From IMG/VR virus record IMGVR_UViG_3300016471_001133, positions 1 through 25,844 of that record: 25,844 bases of DNA. One strand, given 5' to 3'. The DNA is from a virus (Duplodnaviria > Caudoviricetes). Shown here in pieces: positions 1-7,358 of the stretch. A program made the translations under genes and the position numbers. The number at the start of each line of letters is the position of its first letter. Position 1 is the stretch's first letter. Below the pieces are notes generated by a model. It was not told where the DNA came from, made no database searches, and saw only the letters and a program-made list of their open reading frames with translations.

Positions 1-504
1 GAGCAGCCCGCCGATCCGCTCGCCGGTCTGCCAGGCGCACATGAGCATCGACCGCCAGAGCCACCACGCCGGCACCGGGCCGATCATGCCCCGACAGGTC
101 AGCGCGGCCTTGAGCATCTTGTCGATTTCCTCGAGCGAGTACCCGCGGGGCGGCCTGATGGACACTCTGACGAGGCCGCGCGGAAGGTCGGGGTGCTCGA
201 TCAGCCCGCCGTCGCTGCGGGTCATCCGCTTTTTCGCGGCGTGCTCCCAGAGGGTGACCAAACTTGTCAGATCCTTTTTCACGGTCGCCGGCCGCGGCGG
301 CTTGCCCCGCCAGTGCGGCGTCGCCGCTCGCCAGCGGGCGAACTGTGCCAGCGTCGTGTCGTCCAGGTCGTCGAGGCTGGCTGGACGGCCAAGGTATTCG
401 TCGAACCGATCGAGCGACATCCCGAACACGTGGACCGTGCGGTCGGAGAGCGCGTGCCGGACGCGGTAGATCTGCAGCAGATCGCGGAGCGATGTCGTCG
501 CCAT
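1..504 (-). CDS. Tyrosine recombinase / phage integrase, N-terminal part (continues beyond the window)
   Basis: Not in the ORF track because it has no stop in the window. Manual translation from ATG 504: MATTSLRDLLQIYRVRHALSDRTVHVF...PATVKKDLTSLVTLWEHA...PRGYSLEEIDKML...WRSMLMCAWQTGERIGGLL. This is a core-binding domain followed by the box I motif TGxRxxxLL with the catalytic Arg. Confidence 0.85.
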   Translation of the reverse strand, partial: MATTSLRDLLQIYRVRHALSDRTVHVFGMSLDRFDEYLGRPASLDDLDDTTLAQFARWRAATPHWRGKPPRPATVKKDLTSLVTLWEHAAKKRMTRSDGGLIEHPDLPRGLVRVSIRPPRGYSLEEIDKMLKAALTCRGMIGPVPAWWLWRSMLMCAWQTGERIGGLL

Positions 505-623
505 GGCCGATACTGTACACGCGTCCCCTGCATATCGCGAGGGGAGTGCCCTCCGTTGTGCAAAACTCGATTCCTTTCGACATTTTCGCCCGCCTCGGCG
601 GGTTAGGCAAATTCGGCGACGGT

Positions 624-652
624 TTGACTCGTTTCGGTGTCGAAACTACGAT
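624..652 (+). promoter_or_regulatory. sigma70-type promoter with a palindromic operator in its spacer
   Basis: TTGACT (624-629), 17 nt, TACGAT (647-652). The spacer holds GTTTCG-N4-CGAAAC (631-646). ATG 659 lies 6 nt after the -10, consistent with a leaderless mRNA. Confidence 0.7.
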
Positions 653-658
653 GCAGGT

Positions 659-970
659 ATGATCGCGATGGCTGTGCAGGATGACTGGGTTCCCGTGGAA
701 AAAGCGGCGGAAATCGCTGGCTGCACGCCGCAGTATTTGCGGCGAATCTTGGATAAGTCTCTGCCCAGAAACGAGGCCGGAAAGACCACGAGCGACCGCA
801 CCCAGAGCGGCCGCGTCGAGGGCTGGCGGGTCAACGGCAAGGCGTGGCTGGTGCTCAAAAGTTCAGCGGAGGCGCTCCGCGAAACGCTCTCTTCGAGGGC
901 GATCGCGAACCGGAAAAAGGCTCCCGCAGCCGCTCGCCGGAAGGTCGCCAAGCGGAAAAAACCCCGCTAA
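659..970 (+). CDS. Helix-turn-helix DNA-binding protein (excisionase/repressor-like)
   Basis: WVPVEKAAEIAGCTPQYLRRIL is HTH-like, followed by a wing-like GWRVNGKAWLV and a basic tail. It is divergent from the integrase. Start is 659 or 668 rather than 503. Confidence 0.7.
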   Translation: MIAMAVQDDWVPVEKAAEIAGCTPQYLRRILDKSLPRNEAGKTTSDRTQSGRVEGWRVNGKAWLVLKSSAEALRETLSSRAIANRKKAPAAARRKVAKRKKPR

Positions 971-1013
971 TCCCCGGCGAAAACGCCGTTTTGAAAAAAT
1001 CTTTCAAGCCCCC

Positions 1014-1041
1014 TTGACCGTAGTTTCGATATCGCTACAAT
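1014..1041 (+). promoter_or_regulatory. sigma70-type early promoter with a second operator copy
   Basis: TTGACC (1014-1019), 16 nt, TACAAT (1036-1041), with an AT-rich stretch upstream. The spacer GTAGTTTCGATATCG resembles the operator at 631-650. Confidence 0.65.
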
Positions 1042-1092
1042 GGGGGCATGACGCGGCGGACACCGCGGCAAACACCAACCGGAGAGAAAACG

Positions 1093-1362
1093 ATGGAAAT
1101 CAACGTGATCGACACCAGCCGCCAGACCGCCCTCGGGAACGAGTACCTCTACGTCGAGATGACGTGCGGCAAGCACGCCGCCCTCGTAGTCGTGTGCCGT
1201 GGTGCCACGAACTACGTGCAGGTGGTCGTTCAGAACGCGATGAATCGGGCGTGGCGCGGTATGGGCAAGAGGTTCGCCAGCCTGGACTCGGCCCTCAAGG
1301 CGTACAAGACCGACGCCATCAAGGCCATGATCTCGACCGCCTGCGAGATGCAGGCCGCCTGA
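1093..1362 (+). CDS. Hypothetical early protein
   Basis: GGAGAG RBS before ATG 1093; GC3-rich codons; first gene after the promoter. Confidence 0.7.
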   Translation: MEINVIDTSRQTALGNEYLYVEMTCGKHAALVVVCRGATNYVQVVVQNAMNRAWRGMGKRFASLDSALKAYKTDAIKAMISTACEMQAA

Positions 1363-1372
1363 CCGCTACCCC

Positions 1373-1398
1373 GCCCGCCGGCAACTGGGCCGGCGGGC
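1373..1398. other. Intergenic 10-bp GC stem-loop
   Basis: GCCCGCCGGC-AACTGG-GCCGGCGGGC. There is no U-tract, so a processing or stability hairpin is more likely than a terminator. Confidence 0.5.
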
Positions 1399-1427
1399 AA
1401 CACACCACAAACACGAGGACCGACACA

Positions 1428-1634
1428 ATGACCGAAAACGAGCGACACACGGCGTGCTGCATCGGCGTTGCCGACAGCATCATGCAGCGGCTCGGCAACC
1501 CCGCCTTAGGGCAGCGGTGGAGCGACGACGAGCTCCGCGACATCTACCGCACGCTCAGCGACATTGAGAATCGCCTCTACCGCAAGGGCGAGTACGACCC
1601 CAAGAACGTCGCCACGCTCCCGGCAATCCACTGA
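1428..1634 (+). CDS. Hypothetical early protein
   Basis: GAGGA RBS, ATG 1428, MTENERHTACCIGVADSIMQRL...; coding-like codon use. Confidence 0.65.
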   Translation: MTENERHTACCIGVADSIMQRLGNPALGQRWSDDELRDIYRTLSDIENRLYRKGEYDPKNVATLPAIH

Positions 1635-1743
1635 CCGCACATGGTGGGGCCACCCGGCCAGCCGACAGCAGCGAAACGGGTGGCATCCGCACACGATAGA
1701 CTCGACACCCCGCCCCGTGAGGGCACAACCACAGGAGATGACG

Positions 1744-1989
1744 ATGACCCAGCGATTCACGTTCATGGCGTTGCACCGAGCCGGCCGGTTTGCGGTTGTG
1801 CGTGTTCTTCAGAGCGGCGAGGTGGCCGGCTACGATCCCGTGGCCGACCGGAACGACGAGCAGCGGCACTTCCAGATTCACCGCGGGCCGGCGGCATACG
1901 ACCGCGCCTTCGGCGATTCGCGGAAGTACCAGAGTATCGAGGCGGCGATTGCCGACGCCGAGGCGTCGGGCCGCGAAGTCTGCGTTTGA
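1744..1989 (+). CDS. Hypothetical early protein
   Basis: AGGAG RBS at 1733-1737, ATG 1744, MTQRFTFMALHR... Confidence 0.65.
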   Translation: MTQRFTFMALHRAGRFAVVRVLQSGEVAGYDPVADRNDEQRHFQIHRGPAAYDRAFGDSRKYQSIEAAIADAEASGREVCV

Positions 1990-2062
1990 CCACCGGATCG
2001 GCACGTCGCCGGTCAGGGACGACCACCACCGTTTCTTCCTGCCGACAACTGGAGGCCGCAGC

Positions 2063-2545
2063 ATGACACCGGAACTCTCCGCCCTCCTCGAGCACGGTGC
2101 CGCCTGCGTCCGCGTGGCGAAGGGCGACAAGCGACCGCTGGGCAACGCGTGGCAGACCCTCGCGACCAGCGTCGCCGATGTGATCGACGGCTGGCTTGAC
2201 CAGGGCTACAACCTCGGCATCCTGCTCGGGCACGGGAATCTGATCGACGTGGAGTACGACGATGCCGATGGGCGGGCGGTGCTCGCCGCTCGCGGACTAC
2301 TCAACATCGAGACGCCGACCTGGGCGAGCGGCAGGGGCGAGCACAGGCTCTTTCGCCTGGCCGGCCAGCTGCCTGCGATGGGGTGGCGCAAGGTCGGCGG
2401 TGCCGAGATCCGCATCGGCGGCAAGCCGGCCCAGAGCGTGCTCCCCCCGAGCCGCCACCCGAGCGGCAGGCCATACTCATGGATCGTGTCGCCCCTGCAA
2501 TGCAGCCCGGCAGTGGTGACTCTGGCTCAGCTAGGGCTGGCGTAA
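2063..2545 (+). CDS. Stand-alone bifunctional DNA primase/polymerase (Prim-Pol) N-terminal domain
   Basis: GGAGG RBS. Motifs KRPL..W, YNLGILLG, LIDVEYD, TPTWASGRGEHRLF and SVLPPSRHPSGRPYSW match the Prim-Pol pattern. Confidence 0.8.
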   Translation: MTPELSALLEHGAACVRVAKGDKRPLGNAWQTLATSVADVIDGWLDQGYNLGILLGHGNLIDVEYDDADGRAVLAARGLLNIETPTWASGRGEHRLFRLAGQLPAMGWRKVGGAEIRIGGKPAQSVLPPSRHPSGRPYSWIVSPLQCSPAVVTLAQLGLA

Positions 2546-2567
2546 CCACCAGGGCAAGGAGGCCCAC

Positions 2568-2639
2568 ATGAACCCGACCGTCTGGCTCGAGCTCGCAATC
2601 CTGATTCTGCGGATTCTCGCGGCAGGACTTGCGGATTGA
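2568..2639 (+). CDS. 23-aa hydrophobic peptide
   Basis: AAGGAGG RBS then MNPTVWLELAILILRILAAGLAD*; below the ORF-track cutoff. Confidence 0.6.
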   Translation: MNPTVWLELAILILRILAAGLAD

Positions 2640-2732
2640 CAAAAGTTTCCCCACCGCTCCATAATGTTTCCCCATTGCGACTAGGTGATTTTTCGAACGG
2701 TACTTGACGACCTGAACTTCCGTACATATCCT
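2636..2732 (+). promoter_or_regulatory. Tandem sigma70-like promoters
   Basis: TTGACA (2636-2641)-18 nt-CATAAT (2660-2665), with GTTTCCCCA repeated on either side of the -10. Then TTGACG (2704-2709)-17 nt-TATCCT (2727-2732). The region is an AT-richer intergenic stretch. Confidence 0.55.
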
Positions 2733-2758
2733 ACCCCACCCACGCAGGAGATGACCCT

Positions 2759-3043
2759 ATGTACAGCAACTGTCAACCCGGCGACGCGGAGGCCGCGGCC
2801 GCGATCGCAGCCATGGACGAGATCTACGGATCGCCCGCCCAGGGCGAGGGACGCTGGATCGGCGGCCGCCTCATCAGCACCTACGCGGTTGGCGACAGCG
2901 TCAACGTGGCGTTTCCCGACGGGCACCGCCGCTGCGTCGTGATCGAGCGACTCACGGACACGACCTACCACGTCGTGCATCACAAGAGGACCGGCGGCCG
3001 CGAGCACTACGCCATCGACGTGGACGCCATCGCGGCGTTCTGA
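2759..3043 (+). CDS. Hypothetical protein (C-terminal SH3/Tudor-like beta pattern)
   Basis: AGGAG RBS; YAVGDSVNV...VVIERLTDTTYHVV suggests a small beta-barrel. Confidence 0.65.
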   Translation: MYSNCQPGDAEAAAAIAAMDEIYGSPAQGEGRWIGGRLISTYAVGDSVNVAFPDGHRRCVVIERLTDTTYHVVHHKRTGGREHYAIDVDAIAAF

Positions 3044-3155
3044 CCACAGGAGACCCGGTGGAACCGGGGACGCAAGGACGCAGATCGCCGCTGACGCAGG
3101 ACGGGGACGCGGCGGGTTTGACACGGGATCGACAACGCAAGAAAGCGAGGGACAG

Positions 3156-3986
3156 ATGACGACGGAGATCTCCACACACACGGCACCCGCGAGAGGGTTG
3201 GCTCTCGCCACGTTTGACGATGCGTTCCGGTTCGCGAAGGTCGTTGCGGCGACCGAGTTCGCACCGAAGGACTTTCGCGGCAAGCCCGAGGCGTGCCTGC
3301 TGGCGATTCAGCACGGGGCCGAGCTCGGCCTGTCGCCGATGCAGAGCCTGCAGTCGATCGCCGTGGTGAACGGCAGACCCAGCGTCTACGGCGACACCGC
3401 CCTAGCGGTCTGCAAGGGCTCGCCCGTCTGCGAGTGGGTCCGCGAGCGGATCGAGGGCGACGGCGACGCCATGGTGGCGATCTGCGAGGCCAAGCGGCGC
3501 GGCGATGCCGAGCCGGTTGTGAGCCGCTTCACGATGGGCGACGCGAAGCGGGCCGGGCTCGCCGGCAAGGCCGGTCCCTGGACGCAGTACCCTCGCCGCA
3601 TGCTCCAGATGCGGGCTCGAGGATTCGCCCTGCGTGACGCGTTCCCCGACCTCCTGCACGGGCTCATCACGGCGGAGGAGGCGCAGGACTACCCGACGCC
3701 GGCGACGCCGCGCGAGCCGGTGCAGGTGCGGCCGAAGTTTGAGCCGCCGGCGGACGCCGAGCCGGAGACGCCGGACACGCCGGCGAGGGCGACAGTCGAG
3801 GACATGGAGCAGGCCAGGCTGGCGATCAGCAAGGCCCGCACGCCGGAGACGCTCACGAAGATCCGCCGCACGGTGGAGCGTCGGCTTCTCGACGAGCAGT
3901 TCTACACCGACGCCCAGGCGGACGAGCTCCTCGGCTTGCTGGACCACAAGGCCGAGTTCATCAACGGCAGCGAGGTGACGGCATGA
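3156..3986 (+). CDS. recT: RecT-family single-strand annealing recombinase
   Basis: PKDFRGKPEACLLAIQHGAELGLSPMQSLQSIAVVNGRP and GPWTQYPRRMLQMRARGFALRDAFPD are RecT-type motifs. Confidence 0.85.
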   Translation: MTTEISTHTAPARGLALATFDDAFRFAKVVAATEFAPKDFRGKPEACLLAIQHGAELGLSPMQSLQSIAVVNGRPSVYGDTALAVCKGSPVCEWVRERIEGDGDAMVAICEAKRRGDAEPVVSRFTMGDAKRAGLAGKAGPWTQYPRRMLQMRARGFALRDAFPDLLHGLITAEEAQDYPTPATPREPVQVRPKFEPPADAEPETPDTPARATVEDMEQARLAISKARTPETLTKIRRTVERRLLDEQFYTDAQADELLGLLDHKAEFINGSEVTA

Positions 3987-4243
3987 GCGAGCGTCAACGC
4001 CTCTACCGTGCCGAGCTCGGCACGAGCGTGACCGCGAACAATGGACACAGCGTCCTGTCCTGGTACGGCACGCTCACTGAGTGCGGCGAGTGGGTCGAGC
4101 AGGGCCAGACCAGGTGGCGTCGCGACGGCACGTGGCATGAGACGAAGGCCGCGGCGCTGGCGTCGCTCGCCGACAGGATCGACGCGATCGGCTTGGCGTG
4201 CCGACAGCAGGCCCAGCAGCTACGCGAGCAGTCGTCGTCATAG
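3983..4243 (+). CDS. Hypothetical protein
   Basis: ATGA overlap with the recT stop; GAGGTG RBS. Confidence 0.65.
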   Translation: MSERQRLYRAELGTSVTANNGHSVLSWYGTLTECGEWVEQGQTRWRRDGTWHETKAAALASLADRIDAIGLACRQQAQQLREQSSS

Positions 4244-4252
4244 GTACACCAC

Positions 4253-4348
4253 GGCCCGCCCTGGCCGCAGCGGCTGCTCCATACCGGCTGCATGGGTCGC
4301 CAACCGGGAGTGGCGAGTAACCACCGGCGCAGCCCAGCGACACGGGCC
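4253..4348 (+). ncRNA. Candidate structured intergenic RNA
   Basis: Closing stem GGCCCG/CGGGCC, inner CTGG/CCAG, GGCTGC/GCAGCC and TCGCCA/TGGCGA pairings in a 125-nt gap of an otherwise gapless operon. Confidence 0.35.
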
Positions 4349-4368
4349 ACCACAAGGAGGAGCAAGCA

Positions 4369-4629
4369 ATGAGGAAGCGATGGACGCCGCGCCAAGCGCC
4401 GGCATACGACGACGAGCCGCTGGACTTTTCGACGAAAGACGTAGTGCGTTTTCTGCGCGAGCGTAGGCGGCCCGGCTTCGCCGATCTAGTGCAGCACATA
4501 CAAACGAGCCTAATCAGCGAGAGGAAGTGTGCTGAGGAGCTACGCGAGCAGCTGCGGGCGCTGCTGCCACCTCCACCGCCGTACTACGAGCCCTACAACC
4601 CGCGGCCGCCGGCTGAGGCGAGCGACTGA
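4369..4629 (+). CDS. Hypothetical protein
   Basis: AAGGAGGAG RBS; coiled-coil-like middle section and Pro-rich tail. Confidence 0.65.
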   Translation: MRKRWTPRQAPAYDDEPLDFSTKDVVRFLRERRRPGFADLVQHIQTSLISERKCAEELREQLRALLPPPPPYYEPYNPRPPAEASD

Positions 4630-4718
4630 GGGACCAGCCACGAAAGGCTTAATCGACGCTGGGTGTACCCGCTCGGTCAGGCCCGCATTTTCACAAAAGA
4701 GGCGACCAGGAGGATGGC

Positions 4719-5051
4719 ATGAGCAACGACTTCTTTCACCTCGACACCGTCTCGCGTCTAGCCGACCTGCCGCTCTTCGCGCCGGCCCGGGCTCGAGTAA
4801 GCGACCCGCCGACATCGCACGCGGCCGCGAAGCGTGCCCCGGTGGCGAATCACAACCAGCGGATCCTCGACGCCCTGGCGGCCGGGCCTGCCGGCCAGAG
4901 CGAGCTCGCGAGCCGCACCGGGCTGACCGTGGCCGCGGTGTCGAAGCGGCTCAGCGGGCTGCGAGCCGACGATCGGATCGAGCGGTGTGGCGAATGCCGA
5001 TCGGCGACGGGCGGACGCGAGGCGATGTATCGGTTGAGGGCATCGCAATGA
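4719..5051 (+). CDS. Winged-helix HTH protein
   Basis: AGGAGG RBS; ARVSDPPTSHAAA followed by RILDALAAGPAGQSELASRTGLTVAAVSKRLSGL, a wHTH pattern. Confidence 0.75.
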   Translation: MSNDFFHLDTVSRLADLPLFAPARARVSDPPTSHAAAKRAPVANHNQRILDALAAGPAGQSELASRTGLTVAAVSKRLSGLRADDRIERCGECRSATGGREAMYRLRASQ

Positions 5052-5275
5052 AAAAGCCTTTGACGACTGCCGAGCGGGAGCAAAGCCGTTCAGTTGTAAT
5101 CGAGAGCCTTTGTTTGGCGATTCAGGCGGGATGGACAGAGCAAGAAAAACTTGAGCGATCAGTGTGGCGAAAAATCGACCATGTGTCGTGGGACGTTCCG
5201 TACTTCTACGTTCATCACACTGAAATCGCGAAGCAAGGAAAAGGGCGAACTCTCGTCTATCGACGAGGCGAATGA
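5048..5275 (+). CDS. Hypothetical protein
   Basis: ATGA overlap with the upstream gene; MKKPLTTAEREQ...; visibly lower GC. Confidence 0.55.
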   Translation: MKKPLTTAEREQSRSVVIESLCLAIQAGWTEQEKLERSVWRKIDHVSWDVPYFYVHHTEIAKQGKGRTLVYRRGE

Positions 5276-5363
5276 TCAAACGGGCGTCGCGTTGACGTGC
5301 TGAGCAGACTTGACGCCCGTGCCACGGTATGGGCTCGGTAACACGACACGCAAGGAGGCAAAG

Positions 5364-6800
5364 ATGACGACGACACGATCCGGGCTCACGGTTGATGCTG
5401 ACTTTTCTCAGCTGATTGAGCCGCTTGACAAAGCAGAGCTGGCCCAGCTGGAAGCAAACATTGTCGAGCACGGTAGCGCTCGCGACCCTTTGGTTGCATG
5501 GCGAATTGCCCCTAAAGGTATTTCTGAATATGCGGAACAGGCGGCACTTGATGGCTCACAACTACAGGCCGCGACGGACGATGAAATTCTCGAGGCTGCC
5601 ACACAGTCGGCGGCCGACTGCGGAAGCCGTCGCCCGTACCCTGACTGCCGAATTGCCGGTCGTACCCAGCACTGGGTTCTGGTCGAGGTAACTGGACACA
5701 TTGACGGCGACGACTGCAAGTACGGGTCATGGCGTGATTTCGTGTGGCACTGCGCGTACACCTGCGAGCCATGCTTTGACGACACCGATCTGATTTTGAT
5801 CGACGGCCACAACAGGCTGGAGATTTGCACGCGACTCAACCTGCCCTACGAGGTAGTCGAGGTTGCGTTTCAAGACCGGGACGCCGCTGCCCTTTGGATC
5901 GAAGAGAACCAAGTCGGGCGGCGTAACCTCAGCGACGATCAACGGAGCGTTATTGCGGACAGCATCCGCGACAGACGCAGCCGTGCTTCTGTGGTCGCGG
6001 CAGCTGCAAAGGCGAGGCAGGCAAAGATTGCCGGCTCTGTTGAGGACAACGCGTCCTCGACAAAGAAAGACGATGGCAAGAAGGGTCGCACGCGCGCTGC
6101 GGTCGCCGAAGAGCTGAAGGTGCCAGAGCGAAAGCTTCGGGCCGTAGCCGAAGTGAAGAAGACCGACGCCGGCAAAGATCTTTTGAAGCAGGTTCGCAAG
6201 GGCGAGATCACGCTGGCCGAGGCTAGGCGGCAGGTGAAAAAGGCCGAGGTCGTTGCCAAGCTCGAGGACGTTTCTGCCCGCGAGGCCAAGGCGCTGGCCG
6301 GGCAGTACGACGTGATCGTCATCGACCCGCCGTGGCCGATGGAGAAGATTGAGCGTGACGTGACGCCAGAGCAGGTGGCGTTTGAATACCCCACCATGCA
6401 GGAGGACGAGCTGGCTGCGATGCAGATGCCGGCTGCCGACGACTGCCACGTCTGGGTTTGGACGACCCACAAGTTTCTACCGATGTGCCTCCGGCTACTT
6501 GACGCTTGGGGCCTGAAGTACGTCTGCACATTCGTCTGGCACAAGCCAGGCGGATTCCAGCCGTTCGGACTGCCTCAATACAACTGCGAGTTCGCCGTCT
6601 ACGCCAGGCGTGGAACGCCGCAGTTCATTGACACCAAGGCGTTTCCAGTTTGCTTTGACGCGCCGCGCGGAAAGCACAGCGAAAAGCCAGAGGCTTTCTA
6701 CGACGTTGTTAGGCGTGTAACGGCTGGCAGGCGGATCGACATTTTTAATCGTCGAGCACTTGAAGGGTTCGACGTTTGGGGCAAGGAGGCCGACGAGTGA
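5364..6800 (+). CDS. ParB-like domain fused to an MT-A70-family N6-adenine methyltransferase
   Basis: AAGGAGG RBS. ParB-like LEANIVEHG..RDPL...LIDGHNRLEIC...NQVGRRNL, then MT-A70 motifs YDVIVIDPPW, VWVWTT, FVWHK, HSEKPEAFY and IDIFNR. Confidence 0.85.
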   Translation: MTTTRSGLTVDADFSQLIEPLDKAELAQLEANIVEHGSARDPLVAWRIAPKGISEYAEQAALDGSQLQAATDDEILEAATQSAADCGSRRPYPDCRIAGRTQHWVLVEVTGHIDGDDCKYGSWRDFVWHCAYTCEPCFDDTDLILIDGHNRLEICTRLNLPYEVVEVAFQDRDAAALWIEENQVGRRNLSDDQRSVIADSIRDRRSRASVVAAAAKARQAKIAGSVEDNASSTKKDDGKKGRTRAAVAEELKVPERKLRAVAEVKKTDAGKDLLKQVRKGEITLAEARRQVKKAEVVAKLEDVSAREAKALAGQYDVIVIDPPWPMEKIERDVTPEQVAFEYPTMQEDELAAMQMPAADDCHVWVWTTHKFLPMCLRLLDAWGLKYVCTFVWHKPGGFQPFGLPQYNCEFAVYARRGTPQFIDTKAFPVCFDAPRGKHSEKPEAFYDVVRRVTAGRRIDIFNRRALEGFDVWGKEADE

Positions 6801-7348
6801 CTGCGACGTACAAGCAGCAGCGTGCGTGGTCTGATTCATTGTTGGGCGAGGCACGGATGCTGGTCGGCTTTTGCACTGTGTCTGCGGCCAGCTACGAAGA
6901 CGACACCGAGCGTGCAACCGATCTGCGGTGGCTCAACACAAGCGGGGCGCAGTCTGCTCGTGTGGCTTGTCGGCTTCGCGACCACACCTACTTCGAGCGT
7001 TATCCAGATGAGTTCACCATTCGTTCGTACTCAAACGGATACGAGACGGAACTAGACAAGATTATGTCTGGCCACGGAACCCACATGCTGTACGGATTCA
7101 GGACGCCAGACGGCAGGCACATTGGTGCGTGGCGGTTCCTAGATCTGTTTTCGTTTCGGAAATGGTACTTCCGGGTTGCGCCTCTTGTTTTGAACGGCCG
7201 TGTGCAATTGCCTTGGTCAGTTCAAGACAACGGCGACGGCACCAAGTTTCACGCATTTCGGTTTTGCGATCTGCCATCGGACCTTGTCTTGTTTCGAGGG
7301 ACTGGCTTGAAAGTTTGCGACAACGCACAACTGGATTTTCCGTTTTAG
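6797..7348 (+). CDS. Hypothetical protein, possible PD-(D/E)XK-like nuclease
   Basis: GTGA overlap with the MTase stop and an AAGGAGG RBS. Acidic motifs EDDTERATDL...VACRLRD...DEFTIRS...ETELDKI. The nuclease call is an inference. Confidence 0.55.
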   Translation: MTATYKQQRAWSDSLLGEARMLVGFCTVSAASYEDDTERATDLRWLNTSGAQSARVACRLRDHTYFERYPDEFTIRSYSNGYETELDKIMSGHGTHMLYGFRTPDGRHIGAWRFLDLFSFRKWYFRVAPLVLNGRVQLPWSVQDNGDGTKFHAFRFCDLPSDLVLFRGTGLKVCDNAQLDFPF

Positions 7349-7358
7349 GAGGCCAGCC

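Noticed and set aside
41-662. Plus-strand ORFs 41-469, 193-606 and 264-662
   Set aside because: They are shadows of the minus-strand recombinase, with Arg/Ser/Pro-rich non-protein-like translations.
681-1634. 317-aa ORF as a single gene
   Set aside because: It crosses a promoter and two other genes; only 1428-1634 has an RBS and protein-like composition.
4244-4360. tRNA or HDV-like ribozyme
   Set aside because: No TTC-containing T-arm or cloverleaf, and I could not build a consistent HDV double pseudoknot. Kept only as an unassigned structure.
4630-4710. Riboswitch in the intergenic region
   Set aside because: Only a short hairpin (AGCC/GGCT) is evident, with no recognisable aptamer consensus.
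5500-5790. Intein in the ParB-MTase
   Set aside because: No N-terminal Cys/Ser block and no C-terminal His-Asn followed by Cys/Ser/Thr.
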